Source of the DNA: a virus
Lineage: Duplodnaviria; Caudoviricetes
DNA: 44,827 nt
Strand: one strand, 5' to 3'
IMG/VR virus record: IMGVR_UViG_3300032233_002597
Span: 1 to 44,827 of that record
In this document: positions 1 through 8,224 of the stretch, piece by piece
Layout: every line of letters starts with the position of its first letter
How positions within the stretch are numbered: the first letter of the stretch is position 1
The notes under the pieces: generated by a model
Seen by the model: only the letters and a program-made list of their open reading frames with translations
Database searches by the model: none
Told to the model about the DNA's origin: nothing
Position numbers and translations under genes: made by a program

Positions 1-775
1 CCTTGGGTTCCTTGAGTATTCTGAACACCTTGAGTACCCTGAAGTCCTTGGGTACCCTGAGCATTCTGAGTTCCTTGTGAACCCTGAAGTCCTTGGGTAC
101 CCTGAGAACCCTGGAGTCCTTGGGTTCCTTGAGTACCTTGGAGTCCTTGAGTACCTTGATTTCCCTGAAGTCCTTGGGTACCCTGAGAACCCTGGAGTCC
201 TTGGAGTCCTTGGGTTCCTTGAGTATTCTGAACACCTTGAGTACCCTGAAGTCCTTGGGTTCCTTGAGTATTCTGAACACCTTGAGTACCCTGAAGTCCT
301 TGGGTACCTTGAAGTCCTTGAGTACCTTGAAGTCCTTGAGTACCTTGAAGTCCTTGAGTACCTTGAAGTCCTTGAGTACCTTGGGTTGCTTGAGTACCTT
401 GAAGTCCTTGAGTACCTTGGGTTGCTTGAGTACCTTGAAGTCCTTGAGTACCTTGAAGTCCTTGAGTACCTTGATTTCCCTGAAGTCCACCAGAACCAGC
501 AAATCCTTGAGTTCCTTGTGAACCTTGGAGTCCTTGTGTTCCTTGAGTTCCTTGCGAACCTTGCGAACCTTGAATTCCCTGAGTTCCTTGGTTACCTTGT
601 AATCCAGCAGAACCAGTAAATCCTTGAGTTCCTTGGGAACCCTGAAGTCCCTGAGCATTCTGAACACCTTGAGTTCCCTGAAGTCCTTGAGTACCTTGAG
701 AACTTTGAGAACCTTGAGTTCCCTGAAGTCCTTGAGTACCTTGAGATCCAGTAGGTCCTACAGAACCAGCACTAA
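1..775. repeat. 9-bp-period coding repeat (ccttgagta/ccttgaagt) with higher-order 45-bp units
   Basis: Directly visible; encodes Gly-X-Gln triplets on the minus strand. Confidence 0.95.
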
Positions 776-1967
776 TTGCAGTTTTTGTATAAGATTGTGT
801 CTGTCCTTCATAACTTGTGGTTAAAATTCTATTAGAACCAGTACTGGTTCTGGTTGCATATAATCTGATAATCACTCTATCAGTTGTACTTAATGCTGTT
901 GCAACTGTTGAAACTCCAGTCCAAGTAATTTCTTCAAGTGTTGTATTACTAAACTCTCCAGAAGTTGCACTGAAGATTGTTGTAATTCCAGTTCCATCTG
1001 ATGCACATTTTTGTACAACTGCTCTAAAATATGCAGAACCCCCATCTAATGAAGAGTGTACCAAAAATTCAAAGTTTCCAGCAGGAATTGTAAGTACTGC
1101 GGGTGAATTTGGTTCTGTTACAAATTCCGAAACAAATGCTTCAGTTGCATTTAATGTTGTAGTTGCAGTTGATACTGTATTTGGTGATGGATATTCAAAT
1201 GCTTTTTTATAAGAATTGCTTAAATCTGATGCCTGAGAATATGCAAAATAAAGTATTCTTCCAGCATTTCCACCAGCAGCACCAACAGAACCTTGAATAC
1301 CTTGAAGTCCTTGAGTACCTTGAAGTCCAGAACCACCAGTAAATCCTTGAGTACCTTGGGTACCTTGAAGTCCTTGAGTACCAGTACCTTGAGTACCTTG
1401 ATTTCCCTGAAGTCCAGAACCACCAGTAAATCCTTGAGTACCTTGAGAACCTTGAGAACCTTGAGAACCTTGAGTACCTTGAGTGTTCTGAGTACCTTGA
1501 GAACCTTGAAGTCCAGAACCACCAGTAAATCCTTGAGTACCTTGAGAACCTTGAAGTCCAGAACCACCAGTAAATCCTTGAGTACCTTGTGAACCTTGGA
1601 GTCCGCCAAATCCTTGAACACCTTGTGCTCCTTGAATTCCAATAACATCAATAGTCGCAGTACCATCACTAAATGATACGTTAAGATTATCTCCAAAATT
1701 CAAAGTTGCTGCAGTACCGACATTAGATCCATTGTCTTGAACTACAACTCCAGATCCCGTTGCAACAATTCCAGTCAATCCAGATCCATCACCAAAGAAT
1801 GATGTTGCTGTTACAATACCAGAAATTAAAGCATCACCATTAACCGTAAGTTTAGATGATGGTAGTGTGGTTCCTATTCCAACATTACCATCATCTTTTG
1901 TGATGATAACCGAACCACCAATACCTACTTCTAGTCCATTCTTGACTCTAAATCTTTGATCTGCCAA
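1..1967 (-). CDS. Collagen-like tail fibre protein (3' end outside window)
   Basis: TTG start at 1967 gives MADQRFRVKNGLEVGIGG..., a typical cyanophage fibre N-terminus. The frame stays open to the window edge, with (G-T-Q/G-L-Q/G-S-Q)n blocks at ~1-775 and ~1265-1640 flanking a ~160 aa globular insert. Not in the ORF track because it has no stop in the window. Confidence 0.9.
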   Translation of the reverse strand, partial: MADQRFRVKNGLEVGIGGSVIITKDDGNVGIGTTLPSSKLTVNGDALISGIVTATSFFGDGSGLTGIVATGSGVVVQDNGSNVGTAATLNFGDNLNVSFSDGTATIDVIGIQGAQGVQGFGGLQGSQGTQGFTGGSGLQGSQGTQGFTGGSGLQGSQGTQNTQGTQGSQGSQGSQGTQGFTGGSGLQGNQGTQGTGTQGLQGTQGTQGFTGGSGLQGTQGLQGIQGSVGAAGGNAGRILYFAYSQASDLSNSYKKAFEYPSPNTVSTATTTLNATEAFVSEFVTEPNSPAVLTIPAGNFEFLVHSSLDGGSAYFRAVVQKCASDGTGITTIFSATSGEFSNTTLEEITWTGVSTVATALSTTDRVIIRLYATRTSTGSNRILTTSYEGQTQSYTKTAISAGSVGPTGSQGTQGLQGTQGSQSSQGTQGLQGTQGVQNAQGLQGSQGTQGFTGSAGLQGNQGTQGIQGSQGSQGTQGTQGLQGSQGTQGFAGSGGLQGNQGTQGLQGTQGLQGTQATQGTQGLQGTQATQGTQGLQGTQGLQGTQGLQGTQGLQGTQGLQGTQGVQNTQGTQGLQGTQGVQNTQGTQGLQGLQGSQGTQGLQGNQGTQGLQGTQGTQGLQGSQGTQGLQGSQGTQNAQGTQGLQGTQGVQNTQGTQ
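1265..1640. repeat. Second collagen repeat block with recurring GFTGGSGLQ unit
   Basis: gaagtccagaaccaccagtaaatccttgagtacc occurs four times (~1322, 1409, 1508, 1553). Confidence 0.9.
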
Positions 1968-2020
1968 GGTTCAATATCCCTCTTGGTTTTAGTTATTTAG
2001 ATTGGCGTAACTACCATTAA

Positions 2021-4435
2021 TCAAATTTTAGTTGCTACAAAATTGATTGTGTAATTTGTTGTGGATGCACTGGCTGGTATTGCAAGTAATCTAATATTTC
2101 CCCCAGATACATCCACATTAAAGGATGCTACCAATGAATTATTATATATTGTACCGTACTCTGAATTATATGCGAGAGTTCCATTATGAATTGTGAGTAT
2201 CTTAGTTGCAAGAAAGTTAGTACCTTGTGTTGCTTGAATTGTATATTCAACAGAACGATAAACTGAAGTTGATAACTCGGAATGAATACCAACTGCTGAG
2301 GTTGTTGCAGTGATTGCAGTGAATGAACCTTGTGTGGTTGTCTCATTTATTGAGATATTACCAGCAACTGATAACCTTTCTGTTGGATTTGTGATTCCTA
2401 TACCAGTATAACCAGAAATATAAGCACCACCATTAACTTGGAGATTTTGTACTTCTGTTCCTGTTAATGTTGTAGTTCCTACAAGAAGATTATTATAAAC
2501 TAAACTATTTGCATTACTATCAACTCTAAAAGAAACAGAGTTATTAGTATAAACTTCAAAATTATTTGTAGAGATTCCAAGATTATTATACCAACTAGTA
2601 TAAGATACACCATCACCAGATGCAAAATAAAATGTTCCGTCACTACCAATGTATTCTGCCACATCATATTTTGATCCTAAATCAGTTCTCCTGAATGCAA
2701 TTGACCAAGGATAACCATCTTCAACTTCTATTAAAGTATTGACTGGAGATCCAAAAATTTCGGTTGAACCAACACCTACAGTTGAATATCCATAAGAATG
2801 AAGTTTTGCTTTTGGATTTGTGGTTCCAACTCCAACATTAGAAAGTGTATTGATACCTGCAGATGTTTTTACCCAATAACTTTCTCCACCACCAGGAAGA
2901 TTGGTTAATCCAGATCCATCACCAAAAAATGATGTTGCAGTAATAACTCCAACACTCATTCCAAGAGTGGAAGTATTACCAAGTTGTAAAGTATCATCAA
3001 GAGTTTGAGAACCTCCTCCACCACCTATTGCACCAATCCATTTTTTACTAGCAGCATCATACTTTAAAAATCTACCATTAACCTTTGCACTATTCCTATC
3101 AATATCATCAAGAAACTCAAGACGAGTTTCTCCACCACCACCTAATGTGGAAAGTTGTTGTTGAATACGACTAATGAATAAACGATAGTGTTCTTTAAGT
3201 TGATCTAAAGTTACAAAATTTTGATCTAATGGAGTTAATGGATCAGAGTTCTTAACATCTGGTGGTTCATTTAGTAATCCTTCAGTAAGAGTTTCTTCAT
3301 TAAACTTCTCAAATACTTCTTCAAGATACTTGACTTTTTCAAGAAGTTTATGATTCTTCTTTTCAAAAGTTGAATAAATTTCCTTTACTTCTTTTAAATA
3401 CTTTTCTTGATCTGGAATTTTAATCTCAGATACTTTCTTATAAAGATCTTTAACTTCTTCGTCGTAATACTTAACTTCGGGAATAGATCCTTTAACAGAA
3501 GCAATCTCTTCCTTGAGTTCCTTTACATCCTCATCATAATACTTAACTTCTGGAATAGAGTTCTTAACGGATTTAATTTGCTCTTTAAGTTCCTTTACAT
3601 CCTTATCGTAATACTTAACTTCAGGAATAGAGTTCTTAACTGAAGTAATATCTTCTTTGAGATTTTTTACATCCTTATCATAATACTTAACTTCTGGAAC
3701 AGTAGGAATAGAATTTTGAATTTCAATTAATCTATTTTCAATAATAGAAATCTCATCATCGTAATATTTAATTTCAGGAAGTTCTGGAATTTCAGAACGA
3801 ACTTCTTCAATTGCATTGATAATTTCATTTAGATCATCCTCATAATATCTAATTTCAGGAACAACTGGAATGCTATTCCGAACATCCACAACCATTTCTT
3901 TCAGTTGATCCAACTGATAATCATAAAGAATTGGTTCAGGAATTGTAGGAATCTCAGAACGAACTTCTTCTAATTTAGTTTTAAGTGCGGAAATATTTTC
4001 ATACAAATCTGAAGGATCAAAAACTTCAGGTACTGGAATACTACCCTCAATTCTTACAAGTTCTTCACGAATAGATTCAATATCTCCACTATAGTCCTTT
4101 TGGTTTGGGATATTATCAATTCTATTTCTCAGTATCCGAATATCTTGAAATACTTTAGTGAGATCTGTTTCTTCAGGAATTGAACGAAATACTTTTTCCA
4201 GATCATTCTTTAGTAATCCAATCTCCTCAAGATAAGGATCAATTAAAATTTCTTCTTCTACTTCTTCAATTATTTCTTCTTCTACTTCCTCATCTACTCC
4301 AAATAGTTCTTTCGGAGATATAATTTTTTTATTTAAAAATTTTAATTCTTCTTGCAATTTTTTTTGAGCAAGTTGATCCGCAAGAGATTTATTTCTCCTT
4401 TGCTCAAATAATTCTGCAGGATTCTTAAGAGACAC
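2021..4435 (-). CDS. Virion fibre protein: segmented coiled-coil repeats plus fibre-type C-terminal half
   Basis: 804 aa; PEVKYYD repeats; LGGGGETRLEFLDDID motif; GVITATSFFGDGSGLT and VGVGTTNP fibre motifs; late-promoter core ATAAATA at 4465-4471. Confidence 0.75.
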   Translation of the reverse strand: MSLKNPAELFEQRRNKSLADQLAQKKLQEELKFLNKKIISPKELFGVDEEVEEEIIEEVEEEILIDPYLEEIGLLKNDLEKVFRSIPEETDLTKVFQDIRILRNRIDNIPNQKDYSGDIESIREELVRIEGSIPVPEVFDPSDLYENISALKTKLEEVRSEIPTIPEPILYDYQLDQLKEMVVDVRNSIPVVPEIRYYEDDLNEIINAIEEVRSEIPELPEIKYYDDEISIIENRLIEIQNSIPTVPEVKYYDKDVKNLKEDITSVKNSIPEVKYYDKDVKELKEQIKSVKNSIPEVKYYDEDVKELKEEIASVKGSIPEVKYYDEEVKDLYKKVSEIKIPDQEKYLKEVKEIYSTFEKKNHKLLEKVKYLEEVFEKFNEETLTEGLLNEPPDVKNSDPLTPLDQNFVTLDQLKEHYRLFISRIQQQLSTLGGGGETRLEFLDDIDRNSAKVNGRFLKYDAASKKWIGAIGGGGGSQTLDDTLQLGNTSTLGMSVGVITATSFFGDGSGLTNLPGGGESYWVKTSAGINTLSNVGVGTTNPKAKLHSYGYSTVGVGSTEIFGSPVNTLIEVEDGYPWSIAFRRTDLGSKYDVAEYIGSDGTFYFASGDGVSYTSWYNNLGISTNNFEVYTNNSVSFRVDSNANSLVYNNLLVGTTTLTGTEVQNLQVNGGAYISGYTGIGITNPTERLSVAGNISINETTTQGSFTAITATTSAVGIHSELSTSVYRSVEYTIQATQGTNFLATKILTIHNGTLAYNSEYGTIYNNSLVASFNVDVSGGNIRLLAIPASASTTNYTINFVATKI
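3440..3700. repeat. 72-bp tandem coding repeat (24 aa PEVKYYDxDVKxLKExIxSVKxSI)
   Basis: taatacttaacttc recurs at 3465, 3537, 3609 and 3681. Confidence 0.9.
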
Positions 4436-4470
4436 GTATTCTTGCTATACTTTTCACATACTGATATTTA

Positions 4471-4632
4471 TTATACTCTATATTCTTCTATTTTGTCCAG
4501 CACTTTATTGAGATACTTATGAGCAAGTCCTTTTGGATCAGAAGTCCAAGTCGTATCATTATAAAGTTCAGCCTTTAATTTTTCTACTTGAACTTTAATC
4601 TCATTTTTTGTAATCTGATTCTTAGACATCAT
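4471..4632 (-). CDS. Small hypothetical protein (53 aa, MMSKNQITKNEIKVQVEKLKAELYND...)
   Basis: Hand-translated; strong SD AGGAGAGG upstream. Confidence 0.75.
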   Translation of the reverse strand: MMSKNQITKNEIKVQVEKLKAELYNDTTWTSDPKGLAHKYLNKVLDKIEEYRV

Positions 4633-4669
4633 AAAAAATCCTCTCCTTTATATAGAAGAGGATAAAGAA

Positions 4670-4741
4670 TCATTTTGTATATGCTGCTTTTATGATAAGA
4701 ATCACAACCATTAATACAAAGTAAGATTCTGCTACTATCAT
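4670..4741 (-). CDS. Putative 23 aa single-TM micropeptide (MIVAESYFVLMVVILIIKAAYTK)
   Basis: Hand-translated; hydrophobic core, possible SD GGGGA upstream; very short. Confidence 0.35.
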   Translation of the reverse strand: MIVAESYFVLMVVILIIKAAYTK

Positions 4742-4808
4742 TTGTAATAAAAGTTCCCCACTCATATTTAGAATGAGGATGAGTATAAATGCTTATTTTG
4801 TTAGGATT

Positions 4809-4928
4809 TTAGAACACGCCTGGAAGAATTTGTCCAGTGGTGAGATAAGTTCCGACTGCGATTACAAATCCAAGCATAGCGAGGCGACCATTTAAAATCT
4901 CTCCCTCAGGTGTAAATCCGAATTTCAT
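4809..4928 (-). CDS. hli: High-light inducible protein (39 aa)
   Basis: MKFGFTPEGEILNGRLAMLGFVIAVGTYLTTGQILPGVF: ExxNGRxAMLG and TGQIxPG motifs; SD AGGAG. Below the ORF-track cutoff. Confidence 0.95.
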   Translation of the reverse strand: MKFGFTPEGEILNGRLAMLGFVIAVGTYLTTGQILPGVF

Positions 4929-4939
4929 TTTAGTTCTCC

Positions 4940-5026
4940 TTAGTAAGTTTCTGAAAGTTGATTAATTGAGTGTGCCAGTAATACAAAGAAGGCAACACTT
5001 GTGGTTGTAAAAATAACTTCGGACAT
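4940..5026 (-). CDS. 28 aa membrane micropeptide between the hli genes
   Basis: MSEVIFTTTSVAFFVLLAHSINQLSETY; TGATG coupling to the upstream hli stop, and its own stop abuts the SD of the next hli. Confidence 0.6.
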   Translation of the reverse strand: MSEVIFTTTSVAFFVLLAHSINQLSETY

Positions 5027-5235
5027 CAGAAGACACCGAAGAATAGTTTACCAGTAGCAGCGTAAGAAACGATGCCTGCAATGAATCCTAGCATAGCCCA
5101 GCGTCCGTTGGCAAGCTCTGCTCTTTCATTATGAGTCATCATACCATACTTAATAGCATCAGCATCAGAGATGTACATCGTTGGTTCTTTAGCAAACATA
5201 TTTTGTTGCCCGAACTCATTAGTCGTTACAGTCAT
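5026..5235 (-). CDS. hli: High-light inducible protein (69 aa, long form)
   Basis: AELANGRWAMLGF motif; phage-type N-terminus TVTTNEFGQQNMFAKEP. Confidence 0.95.
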   Translation of the reverse strand: MTVTTNEFGQQNMFAKEPTMYISDADAIKYGMMTHNERAELANGRWAMLGFIAGIVSYAATGKLFFGVF

Positions 5236-5263
5236 TTTTCGTTTTATTACGAATTGTTACTCA

Positions 5264-5292
5264 ATTATATAGGAAATCTAAAGCTTTGTCAA
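5264..5292 (-). promoter_or_regulatory. Consensus sigma70-type promoter for the hli cluster
   Basis: TTGACA (5292-5287), 17 bp, TATAAT (5269-5264). Confidence 0.85.
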
Positions 5293-5295
5293 GTC

Positions 5296-6090
5296 CTATT
5301 TGTTTTCCCATCCTGGAGGCAGTGTTCCAAAATATGGATCATAATTAAATAACGTATTCCAATCAGCTATATCATTAGCATCATTTTTCCAGAAATTCCA
5401 AAGTCCTTCATAGCTTGACTTATGAAATACATCCACGTGCTCATCGTGTATCGAAGAACCAAGTTCAATCTTATAAAGGAACAAAGGAATTGCGAAAGTA
5501 TTACCAGAATTATAAATCAAATCATCGGCAACGGCACGTGGTTTAACTCCATTATCTAACTTATACTTATCACCACGAATGTGAAGATTGATAAGTTTCT
5601 GTGCATGATGCCTTGTAATCAAATAACAGGCAGTTGAAAAATCATTCACAAAACGGCGATGAAGTTGTACATGAACTTGTGCTGGATTGATGATTGCAAG
5701 TTGAACGACATCATAATCGTAAGGAACTTTACAAAAGAAATCTTTCCAAGTAAATCCCCAATGCTTGATAGTATCCAAATCACAATCGTCTTCCATAATG
5801 AGAGCACATGGAGAATCAGAGTTCTCTACAAAGTGCTTCAGTGCCTTTAGATGCGATGTTACGCAACCTACTTCACCAGAGGACATCAGATCAGGATAAC
5901 GTCCTTTGAGAATATCTCCAAGATCTCTACCATCCCTACCATCATAAGCAGAGATGCGAGTATGGTTTTCAATCTCCCAGTACTTGAATTGCTCTTCCAT
6001 GTATTGTGCTCTTTCTGGCTGTTCATCCAGATTGAGATAATAAATGGGAGGAATGCCTTTGAATTTATAAACTGATTTATTTTTGTCCAT
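5296..6090 (-). CDS. Glycosyltransferase family 25
   Basis: IYYLNLD..ER, SGEVGCVTSHLKAL, ALIMEDD, STACYLIT motifs. Confidence 0.9.
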   Translation of the reverse strand: MDKNKSVYKFKGIPPIYYLNLDEQPERAQYMEEQFKYWEIENHTRISAYDGRDGRDLGDILKGRYPDLMSSGEVGCVTSHLKALKHFVENSDSPCALIMEDDCDLDTIKHWGFTWKDFFCKVPYDYDVVQLAIINPAQVHVQLHRRFVNDFSTACYLITRHHAQKLINLHIRGDKYKLDNGVKPRAVADDLIYNSGNTFAIPLFLYKIELGSSIHDEHVDVFHKSSYEGLWNFWKNDANDIADWNTLFNYDPYFGTLPPGWENK

Positions 6091-6976
6091 CAATCCAATC
6101 TTTAAGGGTTACTTGTGGTCTCCAACCAAAAATAGTTCTCAATTTTCCATTATTTGCAAGAGTTGTTCTTGCCTCCCCAACCCTTGGAGGAATATTAATT
6201 TGATTATCGGAAATCCAATCTGCAATTTCATTAATTGAATAATTAATTCCATTACCTACATTGTAAAGTTCACCATAAAATTCTTCATCAACATCTTTTG
6301 TTGCTGCAAGAATATTTGCTTGAACTACATCAGAAACATGAGTGAAATCTCTACGTTGCTCCCCATCACCAACAATGGTTAAAGATTCTCCATCATTTCT
6401 TTGACGTAAGAAAATACCGATTACTGGAGCATATTGTCCTCTAATTGGAGATCTTTCCCCATAAACATTAAAGTATCTAAAAATGACTGTCTTCAATCCA
6501 AACAGATCATTATACATCTTACAAAGTTTTTCTCCAGCAACTTTAGATACTGAATAAGGATTCAAACAATCATCGGGTTGATTTTCATGATTTGGTGGTT
6601 CATTAAATCCATATCCAGATGAAGTGGAAGAATACATCAGCTTCTTAACTTCTGCTTCTCTAGCACACTGAAGCACTGTACAGGTTCCGACACAATTAAG
6701 GCTTACTGCATTAATTGGATTTTTAATTGCTGGTTGAATACGTGACTCTGCCGCCAAGTGAAAGACATAATCAACTCCATCATAGAGTGGACGAGTATTC
6801 TCATAATCACGAATATCATACTTATAATTTTGTGCCTTATCATTCCAATAAAATTCTTCATTGGATTCGGCACTTTCATTATCAATTGCAATAACTTCGT
6901 GCCCCTGTTTAATTAATTCATCAACAAGATTTGAACCAATAAATCCTGCCGCACCTGTAACTAGACATTTAGTCAT
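6077..6976 (-). CDS. NAD-dependent nucleotide-sugar epimerase/dehydratase (WcaG/GalE-like SDR)
   Basis: VTGAAGFIGS, YSVSK (YxxxK), RYFNVYG, GDGEQRRDFTHVSD. Confidence 0.93.
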   Translation of the reverse strand: MTKCLVTGAAGFIGSNLVDELIKQGHEVIAIDNESAESNEEFYWNDKAQNYKYDIRDYENTRPLYDGVDYVFHLAAESRIQPAIKNPINAVSLNCVGTCTVLQCAREAEVKKLMYSSTSSGYGFNEPPNHENQPDDCLNPYSVSKVAGEKLCKMYNDLFGLKTVIFRYFNVYGERSPIRGQYAPVIGIFLRQRNDGESLTIVGDGEQRRDFTHVSDVVQANILAATKDVDEEFYGELYNVGNGINYSINEIADWISDNQINIPPRVGEARTTLANNGKLRTIFGWRPQVTLKDWIDGQK

Positions 6977-7724
6977 AATTTTCATTCTCTACTTTTTTTA
7001 ATAAAACTGATTCGTAAATTTGAGTTTTTAATTTTGTGGAAGAATATTCGTGGGATTCTCTATCCAACCAAACAATATCAATTGGAATATCTTGTCCCGT
7101 ATAAGGACTGGTTTTATAGTCAGTCCCCAGAAACCTTACATTATACTCCTTACTTCTCAAATAGTCAAGATATTGATCTTCTACCTTATAAGTAACCACA
7201 TCATCAATATATTTGATACTTTTAAGAATTTCCATTCTTTCTTCAACACTTTGAACTGGTTGAAGTTTATGCGATCTTTCCACAGATGGATCTTCGTGAA
7301 GAGCAACCGTCAAATGATTACAATATGATTTAGCATCTTTAAACATACGGATATATCCAGGATGAATCACATCAAAAGCACTTGCAATAATACCTTTAAC
7401 TGGTGGTTGTTTTGCTGCCCATACATTAACATTTATACCCTTATCATCAATGAAGATATCTGCAGTTGGTTTGCAGAACATTGGGAATAATTCATGATAA
7501 CAATATCCCCAATCATTTAGTTGCTTTTTAGTTAATTCAGTCCAATCAATACCAGATCCCTTTCCTCTGGCGGTTTGCATGATGATATAATGCCCTTCAT
7601 CATATAGACGATTAACCTGCTGAATCATAAATGGAAATGGTTTAGCATTCACGTAATCAGGTTTTCCTAATTTATTATTAGGTGTCTCACATAAAGTCCC
7701 ATCAATATCAAAGCAATATCTCAT
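6969..7724 (-). CDS. Bifunctional HAD-type phosphatase / cytidylyltransferase-like nucleotidyltransferase
   Basis: N-half FDIDGTL...TARG...KPTADIFIDDK (HAD); C-half SAFDVIHPGY...GTDY...YSSTKLK (TagD/HldC-like). ATGA overlap with gmhA sets the start at 7724. Confidence 0.85.
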   Translation of the reverse strand: MRYCFDIDGTLCETPNNKLGKPDYVNAKPFPFMIQQVNRLYDEGHYIIMQTARGKGSGIDWTELTKKQLNDWGYCYHELFPMFCKPTADIFIDDKGINVNVWAAKQPPVKGIIASAFDVIHPGYIRMFKDAKSYCNHLTVALHEDPSVERSHKLQPVQSVEERMEILKSIKYIDDVVTYKVEDQYLDYLRSKEYNVRFLGTDYKTSPYTGQDIPIDIVWLDRESHEYSSTKLKTQIYESVLLKKVENENYD

Positions 7725-8224
7725 ACTACTCCATGCAAAAAGATCTGGTGTACACACTCAACAATTCCATAATCCCTACTATTAATATGATAGTCCCAAA
7801 GAGCACTATTAGCAATACTTCTTGCCTTATTTGTAAGATTGAACCCAGTCAAAATACCATAAGGAATCGTGTTACTCTCACAATACTTGATGCAATTAAT
7901 AATATTCTTAGATTCACCACCAGAACTAATTAAGATGCAAAGGGTTTCTGGTGTTGAATAATATTCAAGAAACTTACGATATGCATTCTCCATTCCAAAA
8001 TCATTAATAAAGCAAGTCAACATTGATGGATCAGAAAACACCAAAGAATTCTTATTATGAAACTTCACATAATCCTGAGAGATATGTGATGCAACTGAAT
8101 TGCTTCCACCATTACCAAGAATGATAATATTATTGTATTTGTTGAAGGCATCTTTAAACTTAGAAAATTGCTCTTCAATATGAGCACCCTGAAGTGCTTC
8201 GATATAATTTGAAAAAGGATTCAT
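7721..8224 (-). CDS. gmhA: Phosphoheptose isomerase (SIS domain)
   Basis: GNGGSNSVASH, NDFG, ISSGGESKNI, YGIVECVHQIFLH. Confidence 0.85.
   Translation of the reverse strand: MNPFSNYIEALQGAHIEEQFSKFKDAFNKYNNIIILGNGGSNSVASHISQDYVKFHNKNSLVFSDPSMLTCFINDFGMENAYRKFLEYYSTPETLCILISSGGESKNIINCIKYCESNTIPYGILTGFNLTNKARSIANSALWDYHINSRDYGIVECVHQIFLHGVV

Noticed and set aside
1-775. Possible CRISPR array or satellite
   Set aside because: 9-bp periodic coding repeat with no unique spacers and no cas genes.
77-1696. ORF-track calls 77-619, 93-521, 624-824, 817-1212, 1293-1592 (+) and 1220-1696 (-)
   Set aside because: Shadow frames of the collagen repeat; the real gene is the Gly-X-Gln frame starting at 1967.
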